NCBI GenBank assembly: GCA_009103225.1 | Contig: RHPI01003053.1 | Span: 35,763 to 80,991, forward strand | DNA: 45,229 nt | Reading direction: 5' to 3' | DNA from: Chlorokybus atmophyticus | Lineage: Eukaryota > Plantae > Mesostigma and Chlorokybus algae | Shown: one piece after another, positions 24,411 to 35,324 of the stretch | How the letters are laid out: each line of letters begins with the position of its first letter | Numbering within the stretch: position 1 is the first letter of the stretch | The notes under the pieces: model-generated | Database searches by the model: none | The model's input: the letters and a program-made list of their open reading frames with translations, nothing else | Told to the model about the DNA's origin: nothing | Made by a program: the position numbers and the translations under genes

Positions 24411-26444
24411 TCAAGTGAGAGTGATGCGGCACGAGGAGGCAGCGTTCTTGTTGTCGCCATGGAACCAGTCCCAGTTCTGCTGAATGAGGAAGCGCTTGCC
24501 TTTGATGTGCGTGTTGTAACGCTTGCCAGCATGGAAGTGCTGCTTGCCATACCTGCACCCCAATCTCAAGTGTTGTTGGTTGAGACGAATCTTGCTGCGG
24601 CCAAGTGATGACATGCATTGGGGGACACTTACGTCCAAGCGCACTTGTCGGCATTCTCGTTGCCCTTCTGATCATGCCATGCGTTGAGTCTCGGGTCCGA
24701 GTGGGCCTCCATCAGCTGTGGGGACCGCAATCAGGAGCAAGATTCAACAACAAGATGACAGCACGTGCGCCGACCCATCCCCCTCTTCCCCACCCACCCA
24801 CCCGAACACACCCCCACACAACAGCCTATGCGTGCGTGCGTGCATGTGTGCCAAGGTCACGCCTGATCTCCCTCATCGTGTACGCGCACAGGTGCGCGTA
24901 CTCACGCACATACATAAGAGACAGACGCGGGCACGCGCACGTACCTCATGTGCCAGAACGCTGGCCATCATATCACCCGCCCAGTCATTGGGAGCGCTAG
25001 ACTTCTTGATTGACAGCGGGCCTCCACAGTTTTTGGGGCAGCGCGTTGCGGCGTTGCCGATGAACGCGTACTTCATGTTGTGCTTGTCGTACGTGTGCCA
25101 ACCGCAGAACTTCCTGCAACACAATCACCCGACGATGATCTTGTGGTAGACTGTACCTCTCTTCACCCTATCAGAGTCAAGCTTACGTGCACAAGCCAGA
25201 TATGGTGACCGTGTTGTCGGTGATGACGAAGTACACGCCATTCGGATCAACCTTCTTGCCAAAGTGTGGACTCAACGCAGCGTTGCGGGCGAGGTGCTGC
25301 ACTTGGCTGGAGGTGATACTGCACACGCACACAAAAACATAAGTTCACAGAGTTGAGAGTTGTGTCCAGATGCAGAGCAGTTGCAACTGCAAGTTCACTC
25401 AAGTCCAACATGTTGATGACCACTCACGTGTGCCCAAAATGGTAGCCGTTGTAGATCACGCTTCCCTTGTACACGACGGGGGAGTGGCCGAGCTTTTTGT
25501 TTGTAGTGTAACGCGACTCGATGTTCTTCCACCACCCGGTGTTACCGATACCCTACTTGCCACATGTGGTGAGAGTGTTGTCTGCAACGTCGCGTGTGCA
25601 TGTGCTCAACAGACGCACTTGACTCACCTGTGCAAGAGTCAAGAGCGTTAAACGCGTTTTGCTGTTGGAGTAGCGAAGTCTGTCCCATTTGCCATAATAG
25701 GCATAGTACACGTGCACGGGCCTGCCCTGGCCCATCACGGGACCGTGAAAGTACTGGATGGGGGAGTTGATACCTGTGCAGGCAGATAGCAATTTCAGTA
25801 AACATGTCGGGGATCGGCAGAGTACTGGCCTTTGTGCAAGGATGTACGCGCGCTGTGTGGCACTCGCATACACGCGCATGCAAACAGACACGTGTGTGCG
25901 CAGAGTTGCGTGACTGTGCGGGGCGGTCGTGTACCTGCATAGGCGGATACGGGCCCCTCTCCACCCGCGTGTGTCTGAGCATCTGGGTCGATTGCACCAC
26001 TCGGCGCTTCTGCACAGCACACAACACAACTTCAGTCAGTTGCTGCAACACCGACAGTTCCATCACGCACGTCTGCCACTCACTGGCAGTGGAGGCATTG
26101 GTGTTCTGAGCTGCAACATTGTCACGGTCGATGTTGTTGATGGGATGAATGCGGAGAGGAGGGATGTCGCTGTCGCTGTGGCTAGCAGCCGCTGTTGCCT
26201 GGTGCACCTCCTCAGCGCTGATGTACTGCAGACCAACGAGCTCGACCATATCTGACCAACACACAAGCCAGTCAGTGGCAGAGCGGCAAACAAATTGTCA
26301 CACGCACATGTGGACATCCGCTGCAAAGTGCAGCACACACCCACCTAGCAGGTCTTCAGCGGCAGTGCATTGGGACATGATCTGCGTCCCAACCAGCAGC
26401 AGAAAGAGGAGGCAGCTCGTGGAGGCTGCAATGGTCGACGCCAT
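24411..26444 (-). CDS. EXORDIUM/PHI-1 (phosphate-induced protein 1, Phi_1 family)-like secreted protein, 9 exons, 379 aa
   Basis: Exons 26444-26345, 26251-26084, 26009-25935, 25773-25628, 25552-25428, 25318-25187, 25113-24945, 24715-24633, 24552-24411. All introns are GT-AG, phases are consistent, total 1140 nt. N-terminal hydrophobic signal (MASTIAASTSCLLFLLLVG); family motifs IQYFHGPVM, YYGKW, GWW, DPNGVYFVIT, FCGWH, YAFIGNAATRCP, SVLAHELME, NAW, ENADKCAW, YN..GKRFLIQQNWD. Confidence 0.9.
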
Positions 26445-27749
26445 GGTTATGACGCTGACCGATTCACTCTGGCACGCAGCAACCACTGAACAGACAATGC
26501 CACGGCTCCTGCCCAAACATGTTGGTTTATATACCACATTCCAGCGCGACGTGGCCTGTTACGCGGCCTGAGGCTGGCTTAGCAACATCTGACAAAGTGG
26601 TGACTGTACTTGTATGAAGCAGCAATGGCGTATGGTAACTTGCCACGCACTGCCGGATAGCTCTGACAGCTCAGCACAGATGTAACACCAGAGGTACTAC
26701 GTAAGATCACGCGCGCCGTTTGGAGCCGCTCGCCTCTCGAGCCCAGAAGTCTAGTAAGCACATTTCAAATCGATCAACAAGTCTGCGTGGGTTGCTTACT
26801 ATTCCGTCGGTCGTTGACAAGGTTCCGCACTGCTGCATGTTGCCAGAGCGCCAACCTGGCTTCAAGCCTTGAAGTTCAAGGGCAAAGCATCTTCCAGCCG
26901 TCTAACTCGCTGGCTTGTTATGGCCAATGCTGCGTCTGTAGTCATGCGTAATGCTTTGAAGGCGTAACATAAACTGGTAATGGTTTTCTTTTCTTGCAGC
27001 TGCTACGAGCACATCCCATCCAATATAGCCATCATAAGCCATCATAGCAGAAATTCATATCGATTAGTGTCGCCGCCTCAGACGTTCGATAATTGCAATT
27101 AAAACATCACATTAATACACAATCTTGTACATTATGCTGGAACCGACAGGTACCGTATATACCCAAACACAGTCCCCCCCCCCCCCAACCACAGTCCCCC
27201 CCCAGCGTTTGTAAAGGGGGGGACAGAGTTTTGACTTAGGAGTCCCCCCTCCATTTGTAAGTTTACCTTTAAGGGGACTGTACCACATATATGGTATACA
27301 TATTACACATATATGCATACATGTATGTCTGATATGTAGGTTACATGTATACTTATATTTTTAAAATGTATGATATATAATCGCATATCGGATATCGCAA
27401 ATCTTATATAATGTATATGTATAAATATATACACACACACGTGATACAAAATGATATACCCATGCATTGTGTACAAAATATACATATGCAACTATGTACA
27501 CAAACATATGAGTTGCAACAATATGGTACAAATACTATTTATTTGTATACATACTGATAGTGTACGTATGTATCATTTGTGTTTATCATTAACAGCGTGA
27601 TACATGTATATGCTTAAAATGCTAATAAAATTCCCTTTTTGTGGGCCATGGTGGCACAATTGTTGCTTATCTTATAGGCTGCGTCAGCCTGCTGCCGTTG
27701 CTGGCCTGCCGGCACCACTATAAGTTACGCTACTGACTGTGACCAATAG

Positions 27750-28388
27750 TGTCATGCCTATTGTCCTCGCATGCCAGCCTTCATCGAGCATGCTCACGTC
27801 AAGACCCTCCCCCGGCCTACCAGCCTACACGCGTCACGTCTCAGTGGTTAGGTTGTGAATCTAGACTAGCTCATGACCATAGCCTACAAAGGCATCGCGC
27901 GTAGCTGTTCAGTTGTACGGTTGGTTATTAATTTTGTTCTTTTAATTAGGAGGTGTTCGTGGGAATAGCCTCGATATGACTATTAGCTAATGTTCTAAAC
28001 AGTCTTAATTTGACATGTATAAGAAGTTGAAGTGTTCACCAAACCAGCTAGTGACACTGTGAGTGAGAAAATGGAAAGAGCTAAGAAAGCTAAGAGCTTG
28101 TGAAGCAACTTTAACTACGAACACGCCATCCCACTTTTCAAGAATCCCCTCACCGTGTGAGGGATTCTTGAAAATTAGGAGCCTGTGCATGCTCTTGTGT
28201 AATGTGCTTGTTATTCCTGTGAAAATTGGTGTGCTTGGTTGCATCAGTTAGAGCATTGCATCCACATGTTGCTTACTCATTCACCTCACTTCACAAAGTG
28301 AGATATTCCCACTCATGCGAATAACTGTAAACAGCGCTACCTATAATAGTGCTTGTTGAGTCATTATCACCCTCTTTGCTCAAGTGAG
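27750..28388 (+). mobile_element. LTR/leader remnant of the DNMT-Gypsy family
   Basis: Starts tgtcatgcc, colinear with 833-1480 and 36602-37280; ends at caccctctttgctcaagtgag where a Copia-like element begins. Confidence 0.88.
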
Positions 28389-28392
28389 CAGC

Positions 28393-30090
28393 TGAGGATA
28401 TTCCAACATCCATGGCAATAAGTAAGTTGGCTGGCTTGCCCTTTGCATAGGAATAGCCGCTAGAAGGTTTGAGACAACTTAAGTCAAGCGGTCCAAGCGC
28501 GAGAAGGTTCCAGGCGCGTCGGCGAGTCCGGATTTTGGAGACTTTCAGGCGCTGTAGTAGAATGATTGTATCTTGGTGATAGTTGACTATTTGGCGTGTG
28601 CTATAGCTTAATGGAAAGCTGCTGAAAGCTAGCTACGTGGCGCAACTTGGAGTGCAGGTTATGGTTGAGCGTGCTAGATGCAGTAGCTTTTGAAAGAGAA
28701 GCATGTGTAGCTGGCGGGTATTAAATCCGTGGACATGATGTTAATAGATGGTCTTGTATGGTCTCCTGACGCTGGTGTTGTAGCGTGCACTTGTGCATAT
28801 GTATGCTTGTCATCGTCCATCTAAACAAGTCATGGGCCTACACATGCTTGTGTAGGTTGTAGTGAGTTGAATCGCGTGAGTAGGTGTGGATGATGTGTGG
28901 GTAGTAGGTTGCAAACTCTGCGAGTAGCAGAGGGGCAACGAAGGTTACAAGCATGGACGGCATCAAGTACACAAACGACCCACTAGACGTTGACAACTAC
29001 AACATCTGCAGTATGAAGATGGCGCTGCTATTAGCCCACAAAGAGTTGTGAAAGTATGTAGACCCGAAGGAGACTGTTCCCGTTGCTGAGGCGAGTGTTT
29101 GTGCGTCTCAAGGGAGGAAGGCTCTGGCGCTGATTGGCTTGCACATTGCAGACCATCACTTGGTGTTGGTGAGGGAGTGCAAGGATGCGAAGGAGCTTTT
29201 TACAAAGCTTGAGAACCACTTCAAGGCGCGTAACATGGCGAGGAGATACAACTGAGGTAGGAGCTCAACTCGTTGCGCAAGGAGAGCGGAGAGGCCATTA
29301 TCAAGTTCATGACACGCGCGAAGGCGTTGTGGAAAGACTTGCTCGGTGTTGGCCATGATCTCAAGGAGGTGGAGATATTTTGGGATGTGCTCATGTTTGC
29401 CCGAGGATTATAGGGTTGTTGTCACTATATTGGAGTCATCAACGGAGGACTTGACGTTGGATGGGGTGACACCACGGTTTCTTCAAGAGGAGCAACGCTT
29501 GAGGAAAGAGGATGAAGTAGAGAACGGAGCTGAACTTGGTGGTGTGGCATTCGCGACTTTATCGAGGCATGCACATCAGAAGAAGGGCGCTCGAGGCAGC
29601 AGCGTGCAGTGTTGAAACTGCGGGGAGCGTGGTCATGTAAGGAGCAAGTGTCCCAAGCTGAAGAGGACGAGGGCTGATGGTGAGGAGAGGGTGTGTGCGT
29701 TTCATGCATCTGATGAAGGAGCGGAGTATCCTGGGTGGGTGCTGGATTTGGGAGCAAAACAAGCATCTCAAAAGCGACAGGAGCAAGCTAATCAACCTCA
29801 CTCTGTTAACTGAGCCAGTCACGGTGGACTTTGGGAACAAGAAGATGCTGGATGCTGTTGCCAAAGGAGACGCCAACCTCAGGTGCAAGGTGGGTGGTGC
29901 AGTTAAGAAGGTTGTGCTTACAGATGTACTGTATGTGCAAGGTGCATCTGCTAGTTTGTTCTCAGTACATGTAGCCTCAAGGGTTGGTGCGAAAGTTGTG
30001 TTCCATGCGGACAAGGTTAAGATAGTGCTTGGGGGCGTCACATATGTGGTAAGCATCAACAAGGGCGGACTCTACTACGTTGAGGAGGAC
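28393..30090 (+). mobile_element. Decayed, 3'-truncated Ty1/Copia element (candidate LTR, PBS, gag, protease)
   Basis: From ATG 28953: LDVDNYNICSMKMALLLAHKEL..KALALIGLHIADHHL..LPEDYRVVVTIL, knuckle C*NCGERGHVRSKC, protease WVLDLGA..LTDVLYVQGASASLFS. Candidate LTR 28393-28827 is low confidence. Candidate PBS agtcatgggccta at 28828-28840. Confidence 0.88.
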
Positions 30091-30772
30091 TGTAACGGTC
30101 AAGGCCAAGTTTCATGATTTTATAACCTTTTTGCCCATATATTGAGCACCACGTTTTCATGACTTGTGCCAGATATTGGCGAGTTATGCGTCTGCTACGG
30201 ATATCAACTGGGGGCCCAGGACCAGTCCGGAAGGTGCTAGAAAACGGAGGGCCAGTCGAGAAGGGCTCGACCAGATTTCTCAAAGGGCCTGGCGCCAAGT
30301 AGAATAACTTGACCATATGAGCACCTAATCAGGAGATCTTTGGTGCGTAAGAAAGGTTTAGAAGTATACTATAAGGTTATGCAATAACATCTTAGCCTTA
30401 GATTTTGTGTACCACGGGAATCGTCTACACAGTAGCATGTGCAGACTGGCAGGTATAAAAGTGACATTCTACAATGTGCAATACAACCTTTAGCTCCCTA
30501 GTTTCTTGTGTGCAAGCCTGGTGGTGGTTAGCAGGGATTGCTAGCCTGTGTCCATTGGTGTGTGCTTGCTTGTGTGACGATCCAAGGCGCTACACAAGTT
30601 GGTGTGTAGCTTCGAGCGCATGCGCGTGCGTACGCCAGTGACGGGGCGCGCGTGTGTGCTTGGCAGAGGGGGCAAGGTTCCGGTGTGAATACCGTGTCTT
30701 GGTGAGAGGGTTATTGATTGGACCAAGTCACAGGTGACAAGGCACAAGCACCGTTACAATTGGTATCGGAGC
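30091..30772 (+). mobile_element. Orphan 5' LTR (668 bp) plus Met PBS of another LTR element
   Basis: Perfect 9-bp terminal inverted repeat tgtaacggt...accgttaca (30091-30758), then AT, then TGGTATCGGAGC (30761-30772). Sequence runs into the N at 30820. Confidence 0.85.
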
Positions 30773-30819
30773 ACGGTGTCCAAAGGTGAGAGAGGAAGTG
30801 TGTGGGCGTTGCAGCTGCA

Positions 30820-30842
30820 NTGCTGCTGCTGCTGCTGCTGCG
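30820..30842. repeat. (TGC)n run beginning at N (assembly join)
   Basis: N at 30820 followed by tgc repeats. Confidence 0.9.
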
Positions 30843-31601
30843 CTTGCAGCTGCTCTTCTTCCACCTCCAGCTGCGTATCGCGAGGCCAAAACATATACTG
30901 CCTTGACAGTCGTCCCGCTTCGTCCCACATTTTTTGCGTCTGTAACCTTGGGTTAATTTGCATGGTGGGATAATTGGTGTAAAACTGCATCCACTCACCC
31001 ATCCTGAGATGGCCATGACTTCTGCCATTTGGTAGTACTTCAGCACCGCGACCCTTGGATGAGGGTGGGTCGGTTATTGATTGTTCTGCAATACGCTGCT
31101 GGTGAGTTTCTCGTGCAAATGTAAGTTGATAACAAGGCTTGTATAACAAAACAACAGCATGCATAACACGTGACGTGCACAGGATCCCAGCAGCGACTGT
31201 CAACGCGCTGCACGATGCGCCATACGGCACAGAGCATTGACAGCCCGGGCATGTCGTAAGCAATTTCGATTGTTGAACGCTCTTACCTTAGTGGCTTTCT
31301 GGAGTTCAAGCCCCATAGACTTGCACGCATCCTGGTCCTCGCTACCACCTCCGTTGTTGACCATGCGCACGACTCGGCACATCTGCGTGTTGAAGTGCTG
31401 TCCGATTTTGGTGGGCTTGGTCTCTCCCCGAGTTGGTTGACCCCTTGCATCACGGTGACCAGCTTGCACATTGCACAAACAAAACGGGCAACCCCAGATA
31501 AACGGCGCCCCTGTGGACGCCCGCCTTCGTTCCATGACGTCCAATTGCCTGGCAATCCTTCTCCTAGCAACTGTCTTGTACAACTCCTCACAGCTCAGCA
31601 C
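30821..31601 (-). other. Possible coding exons of unknown function (Cys/His cluster, poly-Q)
   Basis: Overlapping ORFs read WGCPFCLCNVQAGH..KIGQHFNTQMCR and WMQFYTNYP..WDEAGRLSRQYMFWPRD..EEEQLQAQQQQQQ. No family recognised. Confidence 0.35.
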
Positions 31602-31635
31602 ACCTCTCCTCGCTTCACCCTGCGCCCTGAGCTAC

Positions 31636-31770
31636 ACCCACACCCACACCCACACCCACACCCACACCCACACCCACAACCACAACCACACCCACAACCA
31701 CACCCACAACCACAACCACAGCCACAACCACAACCACAACCACAACCACAACTACAATCACAACAACAAC
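31636..31770. repeat. (CCACAM)n hexanucleotide microsatellite
   Basis: cacccacacc.. grading into cacaaccacaacc.. Confidence 0.92.
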
Positions 31771-32389
31771 AGCAAACAATACCAGCGAAACCTTGCAATG
31801 GCTATATACGTCACCAACCTCCCGTCTAATTGACGATGTCCATCAATGACAGCCGCCAAGTTGGTGAGTCCATAGCCCTAACCCTTGACAGCCGCCTTGT
31901 TTATTTTATGCATTTGTTGTTACAGAATCCACTGCATTTTATTATAGCATGCGTTTGGCGTCACTTCGCTGTCCAATAGATGACAACCGCCAGTTTAAGG
32001 ATTGACAGCCGCGTCGCTAGCTTTGTGACTTCCATTGACTGTCGCACTGCACATGGCACTGCACAAGTACGGCTTGTGCGGCAGTCACAAGGCTTGAGCG
32101 GCTCGTGCGACTGTCAATATGGAACATGATAGGACTTGACAGTCGCAGCAGCAACTTGGTAATTGAATGATGAGTTCGCATGCGCGTTTGCATGCGCCCT
32201 GGTGTTGCTTAAGTACTTGCATTTGTTGTTTTTGTTTTCCTGCGAGCTGTCAGCGCTTACCTGCAAGGTGTTTAACTTGCTTTAAAGCTTGCATGCCTTG
32301 TTGCTTGCGCGCTGAGTCACTGTCTGTGCACTAAGTTCGCTTGCTTGTTTAGCCTCAGTCTGTGCACTGAGTTTAATTACTGGTTCAGG

Positions 32390-34130
32390 CTGATCAGCTG
32401 CAGCACACCATGGCTACCAAGGAGGGCAGCCAAATGCGTGCCGCAGCTGATTGCTTCAAGGCCAGTGCAACAATTTGCTGGGCCAGGTGACAGGTCTGCA
32501 GTCCTTGATAACGGAGGAGTACAAGCATATGCACACAATGCTGATGGTTTACATGGAGAAGCTGAAGAAGGAGATGTTGAGCAAGTGGCCACTACCTCAA
32601 GATATAAAGGGCAAGCACTTCAAGATGAATGCTGAGCACCGGCAGGAGCTCGATGAAGTATGTTAAGCAGTCTTGCAGCAATCACTTCCGCTGGTCTATT
32701 ATGTAAACCACTCGCTCATGTGGACAAAAGGTGAGCTGCTTTCTTAATGACATGTGATCTTTGAATGGAACTTAAAATCAGCTGCGCTGAAGTGAGCCTT
32801 CAAGCATGTTGTTCAGCTTTCAATTTACTCTGTCTGCTTTGCTGTAATGCCGTTGACAATCCTTGCCCTGGTTGATGTTGCTGTGTTCATGCTTGTTGCT
32901 TCAATGACCAGTCGCGATATGCTGTCTTTGAGGCTGTCTTCTGCTAAATGGCAACTTCCAACAGCTGAAAGTGTGTGCTATATGGAGCTGCCGTCGACAG
33001 TCCTTGCCGTCGACAGTCCTTGCCATTGGTACTTTGCTGTAATCGTATCTGCTTGTGGTGCAGCACAAATCAAGCATGTATGCTAGTGCTTCAGTACTCC
33101 GTTGGCGCGAAGCGCGGCAGTGGTACCGTGAAAAGCGTCCAACATCGCAATGAAGCCAAGAAGCAAAGACGTGCCAGCAACAGGGAAGTTGCACAAGGCA
33201 GCCACGCTGCTCAAGCTGAAGCTGGCTGGGGCATGACATTTTGTTTGGGGAGGGACATGAGGGCCAACCAGCAGGTGGTCATGCTTGCGCCTTTGACCGC
33301 TGAGCCTCTCACATATGCTCAGTACCGGGCCACTTGGCTAAAAGAGAGGTAAGCAACCATGGTGCTGTCGACTGCCAAACCTGTTCTACTGTTGCCTCCA
33401 TACTGGCTTCACACATGGTGCCTGCTACTCAGCCTGCTACTCTGCATGTCACGACAGGGGTGTGGACGGATATGCTGAAGATCAGGCGTACAACATTTGC
33501 AACAACGCAGTTGTTGTTGTGCGGATTGTCAACATTATTGACAGTCGCTAATGCGATCAGCTGACTCTGTCATGAAAGTCGCCAAGGGACTGCACTGACC
33601 ACTCTGGGTCCTACGCAGGTTGCTGGGGCGATCTTTGACTGTGAAGATAAAGAAGCCGCCCCCATGAACTTGCGAATTGCAGCGGGGATTGTGTGCAACA
33701 TCAAGCCCAATGCCCCCATCAGAGAGGAGGCAATGGACATGTATGAGTACTACTACCACACCGAGCACACGCTGTTTCACAATAGTCACCAGCTGGCATT
33801 CAAGGACCCCGACCAAGTGGAGCGTGTGCCAGACGAGCTGATTTTGCGAGCCATTGTCACCTTTGCTACTAGGAAAAAGTGGGTAATTTTGAACAAAAAT
33901 GTTGAAGGAGGGTGCGAGTGGGGAATTAATTGCAAACTACTAGGTATGCATACTTCACTGCAGTAAGTTAACAATAGTCCTTTGCTAGTTTTCAAGAGTG
34001 ATGACTTGGTATAATGCAGGGCTATTAAGCAAGGCAAACTTTGCCTCTTGAAGAAGAGGAAGCCATTCCGACAAAAAGGCAGTGGATGCGACAGCCCTCG
34101 TCATCCTCCTAGGTGGGTGGTTTCCTATGC
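32390..34130 (+). other. Possible multi-exon gene of unknown function
   Basis: Protein-like stretches (QSLITEEYKHMHTMLMVYMEKLKKEMLSKWPLP; GAIFDCEDKEAAPMNLRIAAGIVCNIKPNAPIREEAMDMYEYYYH..ILRAIVTFATRKK) bounded by donor-like gtatgt, gtgagc, gtaagc. Full model not resolved. Confidence 0.4.
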
Positions 34131-34489
34131 TATGGTCAAGTTACTATTTGTGTGTAAGCACATAACATTACAGTTGTTGTGCAGAGTTCAACAAGCACGC
34201 GCTGAGTGTTTGCAAGAGATGCCGTCGAGCAAGGCTGTAGCGGGTGTCTTCACATTGGGGCTGAATCAACCAGGGAGCATATGTGTGGCTTCCAGGCGAA
34301 GGTGCTGGCAACACAACAGACTGATGTTGTTAGCTGCTTCTGTTACCTCCTGTAACCGCAGCGTGAAGTGCATGCATGTAGGAGACTGTAGCTACAGTCT
34401 CACTGGCTTGACACTGACGGGCTGGCGTTTGACAGTTCATTACCGCATTTTTGTGAATTGCATGCGTGTCGGATTGTATGCACCAAGCA

Positions 34490-35164
34490 CGGTGCATGCA
34501 CCAGTGCTGAGACCATGCATGGATACAATGGCTGTGACATCATGACAGACCATGCATGGTGCGATTGTCAATTAGACCATGTATGGTGCGTTGTCTGTTG
34601 GGACTAGACATGGTGCCGCTTGTAGACCATGCATGCACAACAATGTCCGTATCTATGGACCGTGCATGGTGCGACTGTCAATCAGACCATGTATGGTGCA
34701 TTGTCTGTTGGGTTATACATGGTGCCGCTTGTGAACCATATATGCATAACAACGTCCGTGTTTATGGACCGTGCATGGTGCGATTGTCGATCAGACTGGC
34801 ACCATAAATGGTCCACTAAGCCAGGAGGGCAGCGCATTATGCATGGTGTACAATGTCGGTTACAAAAAGGACTTTCGGTCCGTTTTCATGGACCGTGCAT
34901 GGTGCGAATGTCAATCACCAGACATGTGGAAGTAACAAACCATGCATGGTCTTCGGTGCCAGGGGGCATTGCACCATACATGGTCCTTGCAACCTCATAC
35001 AAACAGGTCACCATACAAGGTGCGACCCCCAAAAAAACATGGGACCGTTTACGTGAGGTTTAGACCATGCATGGTCCGACTGTCGATGACCAACCATATA
35101 TGGTCCACTAATTTCATTTAGCAGGGGAAAATCTTGGTCTAGAGGTACGGACCATTTATGGTCC
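34490..35164. repeat. Array of about 18-20 quasi-palindromic 12-mers (ACCRTRYATGGT) with a ~110-bp higher-order unit
   Basis: gaccatgcatggt, gaccatgtatggt, gaccgtgcatggt, aaccatatatggt, caccatacatggt etc.; units start at 34548, 34658, 34767. Confidence 0.9.
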
Positions 35165-35183
35165 TTTGACGTCAACCGGTATG

Positions 35184-35299
35184 ACCCCCCACCTCAGCAC
35201 CAACCAACGACGCAACCGGAGCTTGACACGAGCTCGGTCCTGCAACTGCAGCCCTACAATGGCTGCCATGTTTGCTGCTAACGCGCTGCGCTCAGGGCG
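35184..35299 (+). mobile_element. Short fragment of the DNMT-Gypsy family RH-INT linker
   Basis: Matches 11339-11450 and 44843-44955. Confidence 0.85.
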
Positions 35300-35324
35300 A
35301 ATACCAGACAGCACTTTCATTGAA

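Noticed and set aside
24595-24632. 38-nt intron using the first AG after exon 8 of the PHI-1-like gene
   Set aside because: Too short; the acceptor at 24553 gives an 80-nt intron and the family-like CAWTYG junction.
27165-27285. C-run/G-run hairpins as a Helitron 3' end
   Set aside because: No CTRR terminus or Rep/helicase evidence.
31395-31833. HP/QP, HT/HN and CG-repeat ORFs
   Set aside because: All frames of one hexamer microsatellite.
34490-35164. CRISPR-like array
   Set aside because: Repeats are 12 bp, degenerate and irregularly spaced, spacers repeat each other, there are no cas genes, and the context is eukaryotic.
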